Position numbers and translations under genes: made by a program | Assembly (NCBI GenBank): GCA_025839675.1 | Contig: CP104013.1 | Coordinates: forward strand, 900,001-932,000 | DNA length: 32,000 nt | Direction: 5' to 3' | Source of the DNA: Candidatus Lokiarchaeum ossiferum | GTDB lineage: Archaea; Asgardarchaeota; Lokiarchaeia; Sigyniarchaeales; Promethearchaeaceae | Shown here: one piece after another, positions 17,995-26,895 of the stretch | Numbering within the stretch: position 1 is the stretch's first letter | Layout of the letters: every line of letters begins with the position of its first letter | The notes under the pieces: model-generated | What the model saw: only the letters and a program-made list of their open reading frames with translations | Told to the model about the DNA's origin: nothing | Database searches by the model: none

Positions 17995-20154
17995 ATGTTT
18001 GTTAATGTATGGTCTTTATGGCTTGTGTTACTTTCTGCTATCGTTTCACTTGTAGTAGCATTTCTTTTAAAAAAGAAAGTTAGCACAGCTGATCCAGGTA
18101 ATGAAGAAATGGTTAAGGTTCAAGGGTATATTCGAGATGGTGCTAACGCTTTTGTAAGGCGTCAGTATAAAACCTTAGCAATTTTCGTTGGTGGATTAGC
18201 GATTGTAGTCGGAATTATATACTATATTTATCCTATCGAAACTGAAGGTACAAATGTTAAGTGGTGGGTAATGGTATTATCGTTCATTGTAGGATCCTCT
18301 GCTTCAGCTTGGGCTGGGTGGTTAGGAATGAAAGTTGGTGTTGATGCTAATGCCAAAACTGCTCAAGCAGCGACCAAAGGATTAACTCCCGCCTTCGATG
18401 TTTCCTTCTTTGGAGGGGCAGTTATGGGTCTTATTGTCACTTCTGCTGCATTAGGTGGAGTTTGGTTACTTTATTATATTATTGGAGAACCGATAGTAAT
18501 TTTAGGATTTTCCTTCGGAGCTTCAACCATTGCACTTTTTGCTAAAGCCGGTGGTGGTATCTTTACCAAAACCGCCGATGTTGCCGCCGATTTAGTCGGT
18601 AAAATCGAATATTCCTTACCGGAAGATGATCCCCGCAATCCTGCCGCCGTGGCAGATAATGTTGGGGACAACGTTGGAGATATCGCCGGAATGGGTGCAG
18701 ATCTCTTTGATTCATATGTGGCTTCCATAATTGGAGCGATGTTGTTAGGTTATAGCGTATCTTATACAGGTCTTTTTGATTTAGCTAACGCAGATATTTT
18801 AGCATCTTTTCCTTTAGTTATTAGCGCAGCAGGACTATTTGCATCCATCGTAGGCATTTATGTAATCTCTAAAATGAAGAAAACTAGCCCTGGAAAGGCA
18901 CTTAATAGTGGCACATATCTTGCAGCAGCATTATTCATAGGCATTGGAGCATTATTTACTTTCCTCCTTACCACATCTAGCGGAATCGATACAAGTGGAA
19001 GTGGACGATTTGAAAATATGTCAGATAAATTATGGTTAAATTATGGAGCCGCAGCTTTTGGAGTTATCGCAGGAATTATTATTGGATTAACCACCGACTA
19101 TTATACCGATGATTCCAAACATCCTACCCAAGCCGTAGCCGAATCTTCCCAACAAGGCCATGCCTTGAATATCTTAACCGGATTTTCCTATGGGTTAATG
19201 AGTGTCGCACCTCCAACACTTGGAATTGTGGTCGTAATGGGAATTTCATATGCATTAGATGGAGTTATTGGTGTTGCTAGCGCATCCACAGGTATGCTTG
19301 CAATTGTAGGAACGATCGTTGCAAATGATGCTTATGGTCCTATTGTAGACAATGCCCGTGGTATTGCCGAACAAGGTGGGCTTGAAGAAGATGTTATTGC
19401 CTTGTGTGATAAATTGGATTCCGCGGGAAATACCGCAAAAGCAGTTACCAAAGGATTTTCCATTGGGGCCGCTGCTTTAACCGTATTAGCCTTATTATAT
19501 TCTTTCATGGAAGAGGCAAAACTTCTTTTAGTAGATACTGATTTTGTGACAGGACTCGATGTTCTTTCTGTTGATGTTATGATTGGACTTTTATTAGGAG
19601 TTATGATTCCGTGTATCTATTCGGCCGTTTTAATCTTTGCAGTGGATAAGAATGCCCAAGTTATGGTCAAAGAAATTCGACGCCAATTTGAAGAACATCC
19701 AGGTATTTTGGAAGGTACCGAAGCAGCCGATTTTGAAAAATGTATCGATATTGCAACTGTAGGTTCCCTAAAAGCATTGGTTGTTCCTTCATTATTATCA
19801 GTTGTTGCACCAATTGTTGTAGGAGTTTTATTCGGAGTACGTGCTTTAGGAGCTTTCTTGGCAGGAACTATCCTCATCGGATTCATCTTTGGATTACTCT
19901 TATCCAACGCAGGTGGAACATGGGACAATGCCAAGAAATACATTGAAGATGGTAACTTAGGTGGTAAAGGCACATTGGCTCACGCCGCTGCCGTGACCGG
20001 AGATACTGTCGGAGATCCGTTCAAGGATACCGCCGGACCGGCAATTAATACCTTAATTTGTGTGATGTCCCTTACCGCTAGTATGTTCCTTCGATTATTT
20101 GTGGGTATAAACAGTGGAGAAGGCTTAATTCAATTAGGTACATTAATAGCATAA
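17995..20154 (+). CDS. hppA: membrane-bound proton-translocating pyrophosphatase, K+-independent-type signature (copy 1)
   Basis: 719 aa with multiple TM spans. Hallmarks are GGGIFTKTADVAADLVGKIE, DNVGDNVGDIAGMGADLF and VTGDTVGDPFKDTAGP. GNTAKAVTKG carries the Lys and Thr that mark K+-independent enzymes. Confidence 0.9.
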   Translation: MFVNVWSLWLVLLSAIVSLVVAFLLKKKVSTADPGNEEMVKVQGYIRDGANAFVRRQYKTLAIFVGGLAIVVGIIYYIYPIETEGTNVKWWVMVLSFIVGSSASAWAGWLGMKVGVDANAKTAQAATKGLTPAFDVSFFGGAVMGLIVTSAALGGVWLLYYIIGEPIVILGFSFGASTIALFAKAGGGIFTKTADVAADLVGKIEYSLPEDDPRNPAAVADNVGDNVGDIAGMGADLFDSYVASIIGAMLLGYSVSYTGLFDLANADILASFPLVISAAGLFASIVGIYVISKMKKTSPGKALNSGTYLAAALFIGIGALFTFLLTTSSGIDTSGSGRFENMSDKLWLNYGAAAFGVIAGIIIGLTTDYYTDDSKHPTQAVAESSQQGHALNILTGFSYGLMSVAPPTLGIVVVMGISYALDGVIGVASASTGMLAIVGTIVANDAYGPIVDNARGIAEQGGLEEDVIALCDKLDSAGNTAKAVTKGFSIGAAALTVLALLYSFMEEAKLLLVDTDFVTGLDVLSVDVMIGLLLGVMIPCIYSAVLIFAVDKNAQVMVKEIRRQFEEHPGILEGTEAADFEKCIDIATVGSLKALVVPSLLSVVAPIVVGVLFGVRALGAFLAGTILIGFIFGLLLSNAGGTWDNAKKYIEDGNLGGKGTLAHAAAVTGDTVGDPFKDTAGPAINTLICVMSLTASMFLRLFVGINSGEGLIQLGTLIA
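18535..18713. repeat. 179-bp tract 100% identical to the reverse complement of 24515-24693 (hppA copy 2)
   Basis: Checked base by base. The flanking positions 18534 and 18714 differ between the copies. Confidence 0.9.
19079..19184. repeat. 106-bp tract 100% identical to the reverse complement of 24071-24176
   Basis: Checked base by base. The flanking positions differ between the copies. Confidence 0.9.
19900..20042. repeat. 143-bp tract 100% identical to the reverse complement of 23219-23361
   Basis: Checked base by base. A further ~50 bp upstream differs at only 2 silent sites. Confidence 0.9.
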
Positions 20155-20175
20155 TAAAAAATTCATTTCTTTTGA

Positions 20176-20195
20176 TTTTTTTTGTCTTTTTTTTT
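20176..20195 (+). terminator. oligo-T tracts after hppA copy 1
   Basis: T8 (20176-20183) and T9 (20187-20195) lie about 20-40 nt after the stop at 20154. Confidence 0.45.
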
Positions 20196-20322
20196 ACAAT
20201 TTTTAAAAATCCAATTCAAATAATGGAAGTTTTTCAATATAATGAACATTGATTAATTAGAAATCAAAAGACTTGTATTTCTAAAAGAATTTACATTTTT
20301 GAATCTGTATCAAAACTCAAAG

Positions 20323-20331
20323 AAAAAAAAA
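20323..20331 (-). terminator. oligo-T tract (minus strand) directly after the AOR stop
   Basis: A9 on the plus strand equals T9 on the minus strand, and it abuts the TAA at 20332-20334. Confidence 0.45.
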
Positions 20332-22125
20332 TTATTTCCAATGGTGCAAAGAATAATATTTATCAACCATTTGATCAATATCAACTGTAGAATTCTTGGT
20401 CGGGCCTCGAGGTAAAGTTTCCTTAATAAAACGTTCAGGCAGGGTGTCATCCTTACGACTCAATCCAAACTTAGTATTAAGAGTATGTTGCAAATCTACG
20501 GATTTAGTCATAATTTCTTCAAGATGTTGAGGAGTATATTTAATTCCAGTACAAAAATTCAATAATTTTGAAGTAGTCTCAAACGTCAACACATCCATAC
20601 ATAACCCAATATTTTTACACATTGTCAAAGAATCTGTTAAAAGAGCGATTTTTTCAGAATAATAGACCAATGCTGCTTTTCCTTCTTCTGAAAGTCTATG
20701 AGCTGCTTCAATTGTCCCAAATCGTTTCAAAGATTCGTCTTCACGATTGGTTAATTCAAAAAATGGTTCTGCCCGTAAATGATCCCCACCACGTGATGCA
20801 ATAGCATAAGTAAGTCCATAAGCTTTGATACCCCGTGGATCGCCGTTGATGATATCCAACCCTTTTACTTGTAAAACTAATTTTTGCGCTTCTTCTGAAA
20901 ATTGTTTTGAGAATTTGTAAGCTCCCATTGCAAGTTTATCTCCAATTCCTTTCCGAAAAGTGATAAGCTCGATAATATTACGAACGCTATCAATATCTCC
21001 CCAGTCGAGAGTTATATCATCAATGTCACTAGGTAGAATTAATTTCTTTTCTTGACATTCCATAATCCAAGCAATAACTTCAGAAGTGGAAACAGAATCT
21101 AAACCCATTTGATTTAGGTAAGTATTCATTTCTAAAGCAAATGCAAGATTATTATTTCCAATCTTTGAAGTAAAGCTACATAGCGTTTCATATTCTGGAC
21201 CTTCTGCTTCAAATTCATTACACACATAATATCGCGAGCAATGTAAGTTACAATTAAAACAAGCCTTATTTTTTACTTTATATTTCTGTGCTAGTTTTTC
21301 TCCCGATATTTCATCCAGATAATCACAAATCCCATCTTGAAAATGCTTTGTTGGTAAAATTCCTACCCCATTCAAGTCACTCATCAGCATGGTAGTACCC
21401 AGATTATACCTTTTTTGATACTCTCCATGATTTCGAATTAACTTCTTCATTGATTTCACTTCATCATAAAATGCAAGCGAATCAGCATAATCTAAAATAC
21501 CGCTGCCTTTTACTGCAATAGCCTTAATATTTTTTGATCCCATCACAGCACCCATCCCTGTTCGGCCATTCACCCGATTTCCACTAGAAACAATTGTTGA
21601 ATAAAGGACTTGATTTTCTCCAGCAGGTCCAATGGCTGCAACTTGAATTGAATAATCTTTTTGAGATTTTCTAATTGAATAGGTAGTATCCACAATAGTA
21701 TGATGTTTTAATTCAGGGCACTCGATAAATTCAACACCCTTATTAGAAATATTAAGATAAAGAAGAGCAGAACTCTTCCCGGTTATTATGATTTGATCAA
21801 AACCAGTCAATTTCATTTCCGCTCCAAACTGGCCTCCTGCTGCAGAATCACCGAGAATCCCAGTCATCGGAGATTTTGCAGTTACAATTACATAACTTGA
21901 GGATGGAAGAATTGAACCCGTTAAAGGTCCAACTCCAAATATCAATAGATTTTCGGGTGACAAAGGATCACAATCAGGATCTAATTCTTCAAACAAGCGT
22001 TTGGTATTAGCCGCTCTTCCACCAATCACATCTCGAATCCATTTTTTATCAAGTTCTTCAATTTTAAATCTCCGTTCAGTCAAATTAATTCGTAAAATCT
22101 TTCCACCATATCCAAATTTAAGCAT
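20332..22125 (-). CDS. aor: aldehyde:ferredoxin oxidoreductase family (tungstopterin-type)
   Basis: 597 aa. The N-terminus FGYGGKILRINLTERRFKIEEL is typical of AOR. 4Fe-4S ligands CFNCNLHC plus a downstream Cys (CKNIGLCMD), and GGDHLRA. Confidence 0.85.
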   Translation of the reverse strand: MLKFGYGGKILRINLTERRFKIEELDKKWIRDVIGGRAANTKRLFEELDPDCDPLSPENLLIFGVGPLTGSILPSSSYVIVTAKSPMTGILGDSAAGGQFGAEMKLTGFDQIIITGKSSALLYLNISNKGVEFIECPELKHHTIVDTTYSIRKSQKDYSIQVAAIGPAGENQVLYSTIVSSGNRVNGRTGMGAVMGSKNIKAIAVKGSGILDYADSLAFYDEVKSMKKLIRNHGEYQKRYNLGTTMLMSDLNGVGILPTKHFQDGICDYLDEISGEKLAQKYKVKNKACFNCNLHCSRYYVCNEFEAEGPEYETLCSFTSKIGNNNLAFALEMNTYLNQMGLDSVSTSEVIAWIMECQEKKLILPSDIDDITLDWGDIDSVRNIIELITFRKGIGDKLAMGAYKFSKQFSEEAQKLVLQVKGLDIINGDPRGIKAYGLTYAIASRGGDHLRAEPFFELTNREDESLKRFGTIEAAHRLSEEGKAALVYYSEKIALLTDSLTMCKNIGLCMDVLTFETTSKLLNFCTGIKYTPQHLEEIMTKSVDLQHTLNTKFGLSRKDDTLPERFIKETLPRGPTKNSTVDIDQMVDKYYSLHHWK

Positions 22126-22639
22126 GTTTTTCCCCCCATTTCTTTCTTATCTCATTTCCTTTGGTGGCTATATATAGAAAACGTCTTTCAGAAACATTCA
22201 TTCCTTTTGAATTCTCTTTAAAATTTGATAAACTTACCGTTTCGATACAATTTGGTGCAAATTGAATGGCTTGTTCAGTACAAACATCTACACATTGTGG
22301 ATTACCACCACATAAATCACAAACATAATAAATTCTTTCAAAAACTTCTATTGCACCGATAGGACAGCTTTTTTCGCAGGCCCCACATCGAGTGCAAATT
22401 GTTGGACTTATGATAATTTGACCCATTGATCCAACCGTGAGTGCATTGAATGCACAGGATTTGATACAGAATCGTTCTTGGCATTGTTGACATACGATTG
22501 GTCCATCAATCCCAGTGGAATATGAGCTCATAATTTTAATTCGGCTAAGATTTCTGCTGCTTTTTCCTGAGCGTAAAAAAGCACATGTAGTTTCACATTG
22601 TCGGCAACCTGTACATTTACTAAGATCAATTTTTATCAT
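22118..22639 (-). CDS. poly-ferredoxin-like 4Fe-4S protein (four Cys clusters), likely AOR electron-transfer subunit
   Basis: Cys motifs are CTGCRQCETTC, CQQCQERFCIKSC, CTRCGACEKSCP and CDLCGGNPQCVDVC. The stop overlaps the AOR start by 8 nt (ATGCTTAA). Confidence 0.75.
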   Translation of the reverse strand: MIKIDLSKCTGCRQCETTCAFLRSGKSSRNLSRIKIMSSYSTGIDGPIVCQQCQERFCIKSCAFNALTVGSMGQIIISPTICTRCGACEKSCPIGAIEVFERIYYVCDLCGGNPQCVDVCTEQAIQFAPNCIETVSLSNFKENSKGMNVSERRFLYIATKGNEIRKKWGEKHA

Positions 22640-22656
22640 CTTAACACCTTCAAATT

Positions 22657-22932
22657 TTAAATTTCTTCTACTTCAATCCGATATTGAACTAATCCATCAG
22701 GATCAGGGCAAGAAAACTGTTGAGTTTTTTTTACCCAATGTTTGTCATCAAGTTTATCTTTTATAGCTAAAATTGGAAATACAGGCATCATACTTTGTAA
22801 TGCCCACAAGCAAATATGTTTCCCATCGGGAACAATAATCTTTGAATCAATAACATGAAAATAATCACCAATTAACATTGGTAAATTACAATATCCATGA
22901 ATTTTTTCGACTGTTACTTTTATCGTAGTCAT
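22657..22932 (-). CDS. small Cys-containing protein, TIGR04076-like (assigned from memory)
   Basis: 91 aa. The pattern IKVTVEKIHGYCNLPMLIGDYF...HICLWALQSMMPVFPIL...FSCPDPDGLVQYRIE resembles that family as I remember it. It is the first gene of the AOR operon. Confidence 0.4.
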   Translation of the reverse strand: MTTIKVTVEKIHGYCNLPMLIGDYFHVIDSKIIVPDGKHICLWALQSMMPVFPILAIKDKLDDKHWVKKTQQFSCPDPDGLVQYRIEVEEI

Positions 22933-23121
22933 AGGAATTCATTTTTATGATTTTTAGAAATATAGATAATGTACTTCAATATTTTATTCTATAAAAACAT
23001 AAAAATTGGGATATTCTCAAGAGGACTAAAAAATCGTTTATCACAGTATTGATTATAAAAAAGTAGAATTGAAAGAATAAAAAAAAAGTGTGGATAATCC
23101 ACTAAGATATTCGAGTTAATT

Positions 23122-25230
23122 TTATAATTGAATTAACCCGGCACCGCCTCCAACAGCAACAAATAATGGTAAGAATATACTTGCTGTTAAAGACATTACA
23201 CAAATTAAGGTATTGATGGCCGGTCCGGCGGTATCCTTGAACGGATCTCCGACAGTATCTCCGGTCACGGCAGCGGCGTGAGCCAATGTGCCTTTACCAC
23301 CTAAGTTACCATCTTCAATGTATTTCTTGGCATTGTCCCATGTTCCACCTGCGTTGGATAAAAGTAATCCAAAGATGAAACCGATGAGGATAGTTCCTGC
23401 CAAGAAAGCTCCTAAGGAACGAATTCCGAAAATAATTCCAACAACAATAGGTGCTCCAACAGATAATAAGGATGGCACAATTAATGCTTTAAGGGAGCCT
23501 TTGGTTGCAATATCGATACATCGTTCAAAATCGGCTGCTTCGGTGCCTTCCAAAATACCAGGATGTTCTTCAAATTGGGTTCGAATCTCTTTGACCATAA
23601 CTTGGGCATTCTTATCCACTGCAAAGATCAAGACTGCGGAGTAGACACATGGAACCATAACTCCAAGGAGTGCTCCAATCATTACATCAACATCTAACAA
23701 ATTCAATTCCATTACAATATCAACGGTAGCTTCTTCAGCTTCGACCATGAAAGAGTAAAGGAGTGCGAGTACTGTAAGTGCAGCAGCGCCAATGGAAAAT
23801 CCTTTGGTAATTGCTTTTGCGGTATTTCCGGCTGAATCTAATTTATCACAGAGGGCGATAACATCTTCTTCCAAGCCACCTTGTTCTGCAATACCTCGAG
23901 CATTGTCCACAATTGGACCATAAGCATCATTAGACACGATTGTTCCAACAATAGCAAGCATTCCAACGGAAGCACTGGCAACTCCCCAAACACCATCTAA
24001 GGTGAAGGAAATAGCCATAGCAACGACAATTCCAAGGGTTGGAGGGGCGACGCTCAATAAACCGTAAGAGAATCCGGTTAAGATATTCAAGGCATGGCCT
24101 TGTTGGGAAGATTCGGCTACGGCTTGGGTAGGATGTTTGGAATCATCGGTATAATAGTCGGTGGTTAATCCAATAACTAATCCAGCAACAACACCAATTG
24201 AAGCAGAACCCCAATTTAGCCATAAACGATTTTTCATTTCATCAGTAATTCCAGGAGTTGTGAAGGTTAATAGGGTAAACATAAGTGCAATTACTATGAA
24301 TAAACCAGTAGCAATCCATGTACCAGAATTAAGCGCTTTTCCAGGACTTTCTTTTTGCATCTTTGAAATTATGATAATTCCAATGATAGAAGCAAATAAT
24401 CCAGCGGCACTAATAATAATTGGATAAGTAGTAAACACTTGAGCATCAACAATTTCCATATTTCGGAAAACGGAGTAAGCTAATAACATAGCGGCAATTA
24501 AAGAAGCAACGTAAGAATCAAAGAGATCTGCACCCATTCCGGCGATATCTCCAACGTTGTCCCCAACATTATCTGCCACGGCGGCAGGATTGCGGGGATC
24601 ATCTTCCGGTAAGGAATATTCGATTTTACCGACTAAATCGGCGGCAACATCGGCGGTTTTGGTAAAGATACCACCACCGGCTTTAGCAAAAAGAGCAATG
24701 GTTGAAGCTCCGAAGGAAAATCCTAAAATAATCAAAGGATCTTCAGCAAAGAAATATAATATGAATACTCCACCTAATGCAGAAGCGGAACAAATTAATC
24801 CCATAACTGCTCCTCCAAAGAAGGAAACATCAAAGGCAGGAGTTAATCCTTTGGTCGCTGCTTGAGCGGTTTTAGCGTTAGCATCGACACCAACTTTCAT
24901 TCCTAACCATCCAGCCCATCCAGAAGCAAAGGAACCCAGGAGATATGAAAGAACCATTAAACTCCAGTGGAAATCAAGTGAACCAGATACACCGTAAAGA
25001 ATACCAAGTGCAATTGCCAACCCTAATACAAATACTGCAAGGGTAGTATATTGGCGCTTGATAAAGGCTCCAGCTCCATCTCGAATATATCCTTGAACCT
25101 TAACCATTTCTTCGTTTCCAGCATCTGCGGTATCCACTTTTTTTTTAAGCAAGAATGCCGCGACAAAAGCGGCAATTGCTGCGACGAGGACCAACCAAAT
25201 GGTCCAGACACCTGTTACTGCAAAGATCAT
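23122..25230 (-). CDS. hppA: membrane-bound proton-translocating pyrophosphatase, K+-independent-type signature (copy 2)
   Basis: 702 aa, roughly four-fifths identical to copy 1 by eye, with the same hallmark motifs. GNTAKAITKG. Convergent with copy 1. Confidence 0.9.
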   Translation of the reverse strand: MIFAVTGVWTIWLVLVAAIAAFVAAFLLKKKVDTADAGNEEMVKVQGYIRDGAGAFIKRQYTTLAVFVLGLAIALGILYGVSGSLDFHWSLMVLSYLLGSFASGWAGWLGMKVGVDANAKTAQAATKGLTPAFDVSFFGGAVMGLICSASALGGVFILYFFAEDPLIILGFSFGASTIALFAKAGGGIFTKTADVAADLVGKIEYSLPEDDPRNPAAVADNVGDNVGDIAGMGADLFDSYVASLIAAMLLAYSVFRNMEIVDAQVFTTYPIIISAAGLFASIIGIIIISKMQKESPGKALNSGTWIATGLFIVIALMFTLLTFTTPGITDEMKNRLWLNWGSASIGVVAGLVIGLTTDYYTDDSKHPTQAVAESSQQGHALNILTGFSYGLLSVAPPTLGIVVAMAISFTLDGVWGVASASVGMLAIVGTIVSNDAYGPIVDNARGIAEQGGLEEDVIALCDKLDSAGNTAKAITKGFSIGAAALTVLALLYSFMVEAEEATVDIVMELNLLDVDVMIGALLGVMVPCVYSAVLIFAVDKNAQVMVKEIRTQFEEHPGILEGTEAADFERCIDIATKGSLKALIVPSLLSVGAPIVVGIIFGIRSLGAFLAGTILIGFIFGLLLSNAGGTWDNAKKYIEDGNLGGKGTLAHAAAVTGDTVGDPFKDTAGPAINTLICVMSLTASIFLPLFVAVGGGAGLIQL

Positions 25231-25672
25231 TTTTATTTACACCATTTCAAATCGTTATTTCAAACAATTTGGTAATGTTCACAATAAAATCCACAAAAGT
25301 AAGGTTTTAATTTTTCAAACCAAACATTTCAACAGATTTTTTGTGGTTAGTGTAGGATCATGGTCGATTGTTTTAAAGCTTTATTTTTATTTGACTGAAA
25401 AAATTAAAAAATGATGATATATTTATGGTTACAAACCACCAATTTGCTCAGAAGACTGTTTTCGAATACTTTTAGCTCTAAAAAAGCTCGATTAACTGAT
25501 CAAAAGCTTCTAAAAGAAAAACGATTTTTATTTTCCGCAAAAAATGTTTCATTTTCCATATTTCAATGATCAAAACAAAATATTATTTTAGAAAAATAGT
25601 CCACAATAGCAACAAAATGAAAAAAAGATAAATTTCTTATGAGTTTTTTCGTTGTATAATATTGAAATCTAT

Positions 25673-25894
25673 ATGGATTCGGTAAAATGTTATAATTGCA
25701 AAAAAGTGACGAATCTGATATGTCACAAATGCCAAAAACCAATATGTTCAAAACATTCCTACACAACTCATCACCATTTATATTGCGCAACATGTTTTTT
25801 AAGAGAACGCAAAGTAGGTATGGCGAAATCTTGGGGAATGCTTGCAGTTTTGATTGCGATCGGCATTGTAATAGTAATTATTGCAAAAGGATAA
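25673..25894 (+). CDS. small zinc-finger protein with C-terminal TM helix (tail-anchored)
   Basis: I prefer the ATG at 25673 over the TTG at 25652. Ligand pattern CYNC-x7-CHKC-x4-CSKH-x9-CATC (8 ligands). TM span WGMLAVLIAIGIVIVIIA. Confidence 0.5.
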   Translation: MDSVKCYNCKKVTNLICHKCQKPICSKHSYTTHHHLYCATCFLRERKVGMAKSWGMLAVLIAIGIVIVIIAKG

Positions 25895-25913
25895 AAGAGT
25901 TAAAATTTTTTTT

Positions 25914-26516
25914 TTATTTCTGAATGATTGAGGATAGCTGCATAATTGAAGTTTTTATTAAATCCTTACACAAAACTTGAATTTTTTTCTTAGAGTAGAT
26001 TTCAGCCAAATAATAAATAAAAATCAGATTATATAATAATGAAATACTTTTATCAACCTTGGAATCGATTCGATTAATTTCATTCAATATTTCTTTTGTA
26101 GGAGTTTTCCCTGCCTTCTCTTTATAAAATTCTTGGATCCAATTCCATCCACGAGTTTCAAAAATTTTTTGTCTTAATTGTTCTAAGGTTTTTGTAATCA
26201 CCAAATAATAAATCATAACATCATCGCTATCAGTATCTTCCATCCCTCGAATATTTAACTCCATATTTTCTTGCAGAGTGGATAAATCCACATGAAATTT
26301 TTCTTCAAGGGAGTTCAAATAACCCGCAATATCATGATCATAAATGTGGGAAAAAAATTTATCGAGGTCTGAAATGAAGAAGTGTAACAAGTGTTCTAAT
26401 CCTTCTACTTTGATATAATTATTCACATTAGTTCCCATTAAGAGATCATCACCTTGTCCCCTAACAACTAGTGCATAAACACCTAATTGCAACATTTCAT
26501 TTTGAATTTCAGCCAT
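25914..26516 (-). CDS. hypothetical protein
   Basis: I prefer the ATG at 26516 (MAEIQNE...), which has GAGGAAG 5 nt upstream, over the TTG at 26528. No motif recognised. Confidence 0.45.
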   Translation of the reverse strand: MAEIQNEMLQLGVYALVVRGQGDDLLMGTNVNNYIKVEGLEHLLHFFISDLDKFFSHIYDHDIAGYLNSLEEKFHVDLSTLQENMELNIRGMEDTDSDDVMIYYLVITKTLEQLRQKIFETRGWNWIQEFYKEKAGKTPTKEILNEINRIDSKVDKSISLLYNLIFIYYLAEIYSKKKIQVLCKDLIKTSIMQLSSIIQK

Positions 26517-26895
26517 TTTCTTCCTCAAAAATTTTGAATACTCTCACTCGATGTGATAGTTATACATGGATCTTATCGTCTAAATAAATTTTAAGATTTG
26601 GCAAACAAAAAATAAATGTATTTAATTTTAGAACGAAATTTGACTTTTAATTGAAGTTACTGCAAATTGCTGGAAACATCAGAAAAGATAACCAAAACGA
26701 AGTTAAAATATTCATTTCAGTTTTTCATTGAATGAAAAGCGGATTAAAAGCATAAAATTCCATAAATATGGATTTGAAGAAAGATTCCCAAGGATTCTTC
26801 AGCAGAATCAAAAAATTAGAGCAAGATTAAGAAAGAATCACATCAGAAAAAAGTTTTATTGTTAATGGGAAAGTGATCCCATTTAAAAATGCTGT

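Noticed and set aside
19617-19973. Identical-looking 118-aa antisense ORFs in both PPase genes (19617-19973 minus and 23288-23644 plus), and the pair 18474-18728 / 24557-24865
   Set aside because: They mirror one another only because the underlying hppA genes are paralogs. Their Pro/Ser/Ala-rich translations are typical of the antisense of GC-richer membrane-protein coding sequence.
17995-25230. An inverted-repeat-bounded segment that might be a composite transposon or other mobile element
   Set aside because: The 'repeats' are complete functional hppA genes. There is no transposase, integrase, target-site duplication or terminal inverted repeat outside the CDSs. Paralog duplication with gene conversion explains the pattern.
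25411-25499. A possible C/D-box sRNA: ATGATGA at 25411-25417 and CTGA at 25496-25499
   Set aside because: The boxes are ~89 nt apart, which is long for archaeal C/D sRNAs. I found no internal C' or D' boxes and no terminal stem, and such heptamers occur by chance in AT-rich spacers.
25563-25793. A 76-aa minus-strand ORF and plus-strand ORFs (25051-25275, 25199-25414, 25696-25923) around the hppA2 / zinc-finger spacer
   Set aside because: They overlap better-supported genes or run through AT-rich intergenic DNA, and they have no motifs, RBS or TM logic. The zinc-finger frame has a coherent ligand pattern plus a TM helix.
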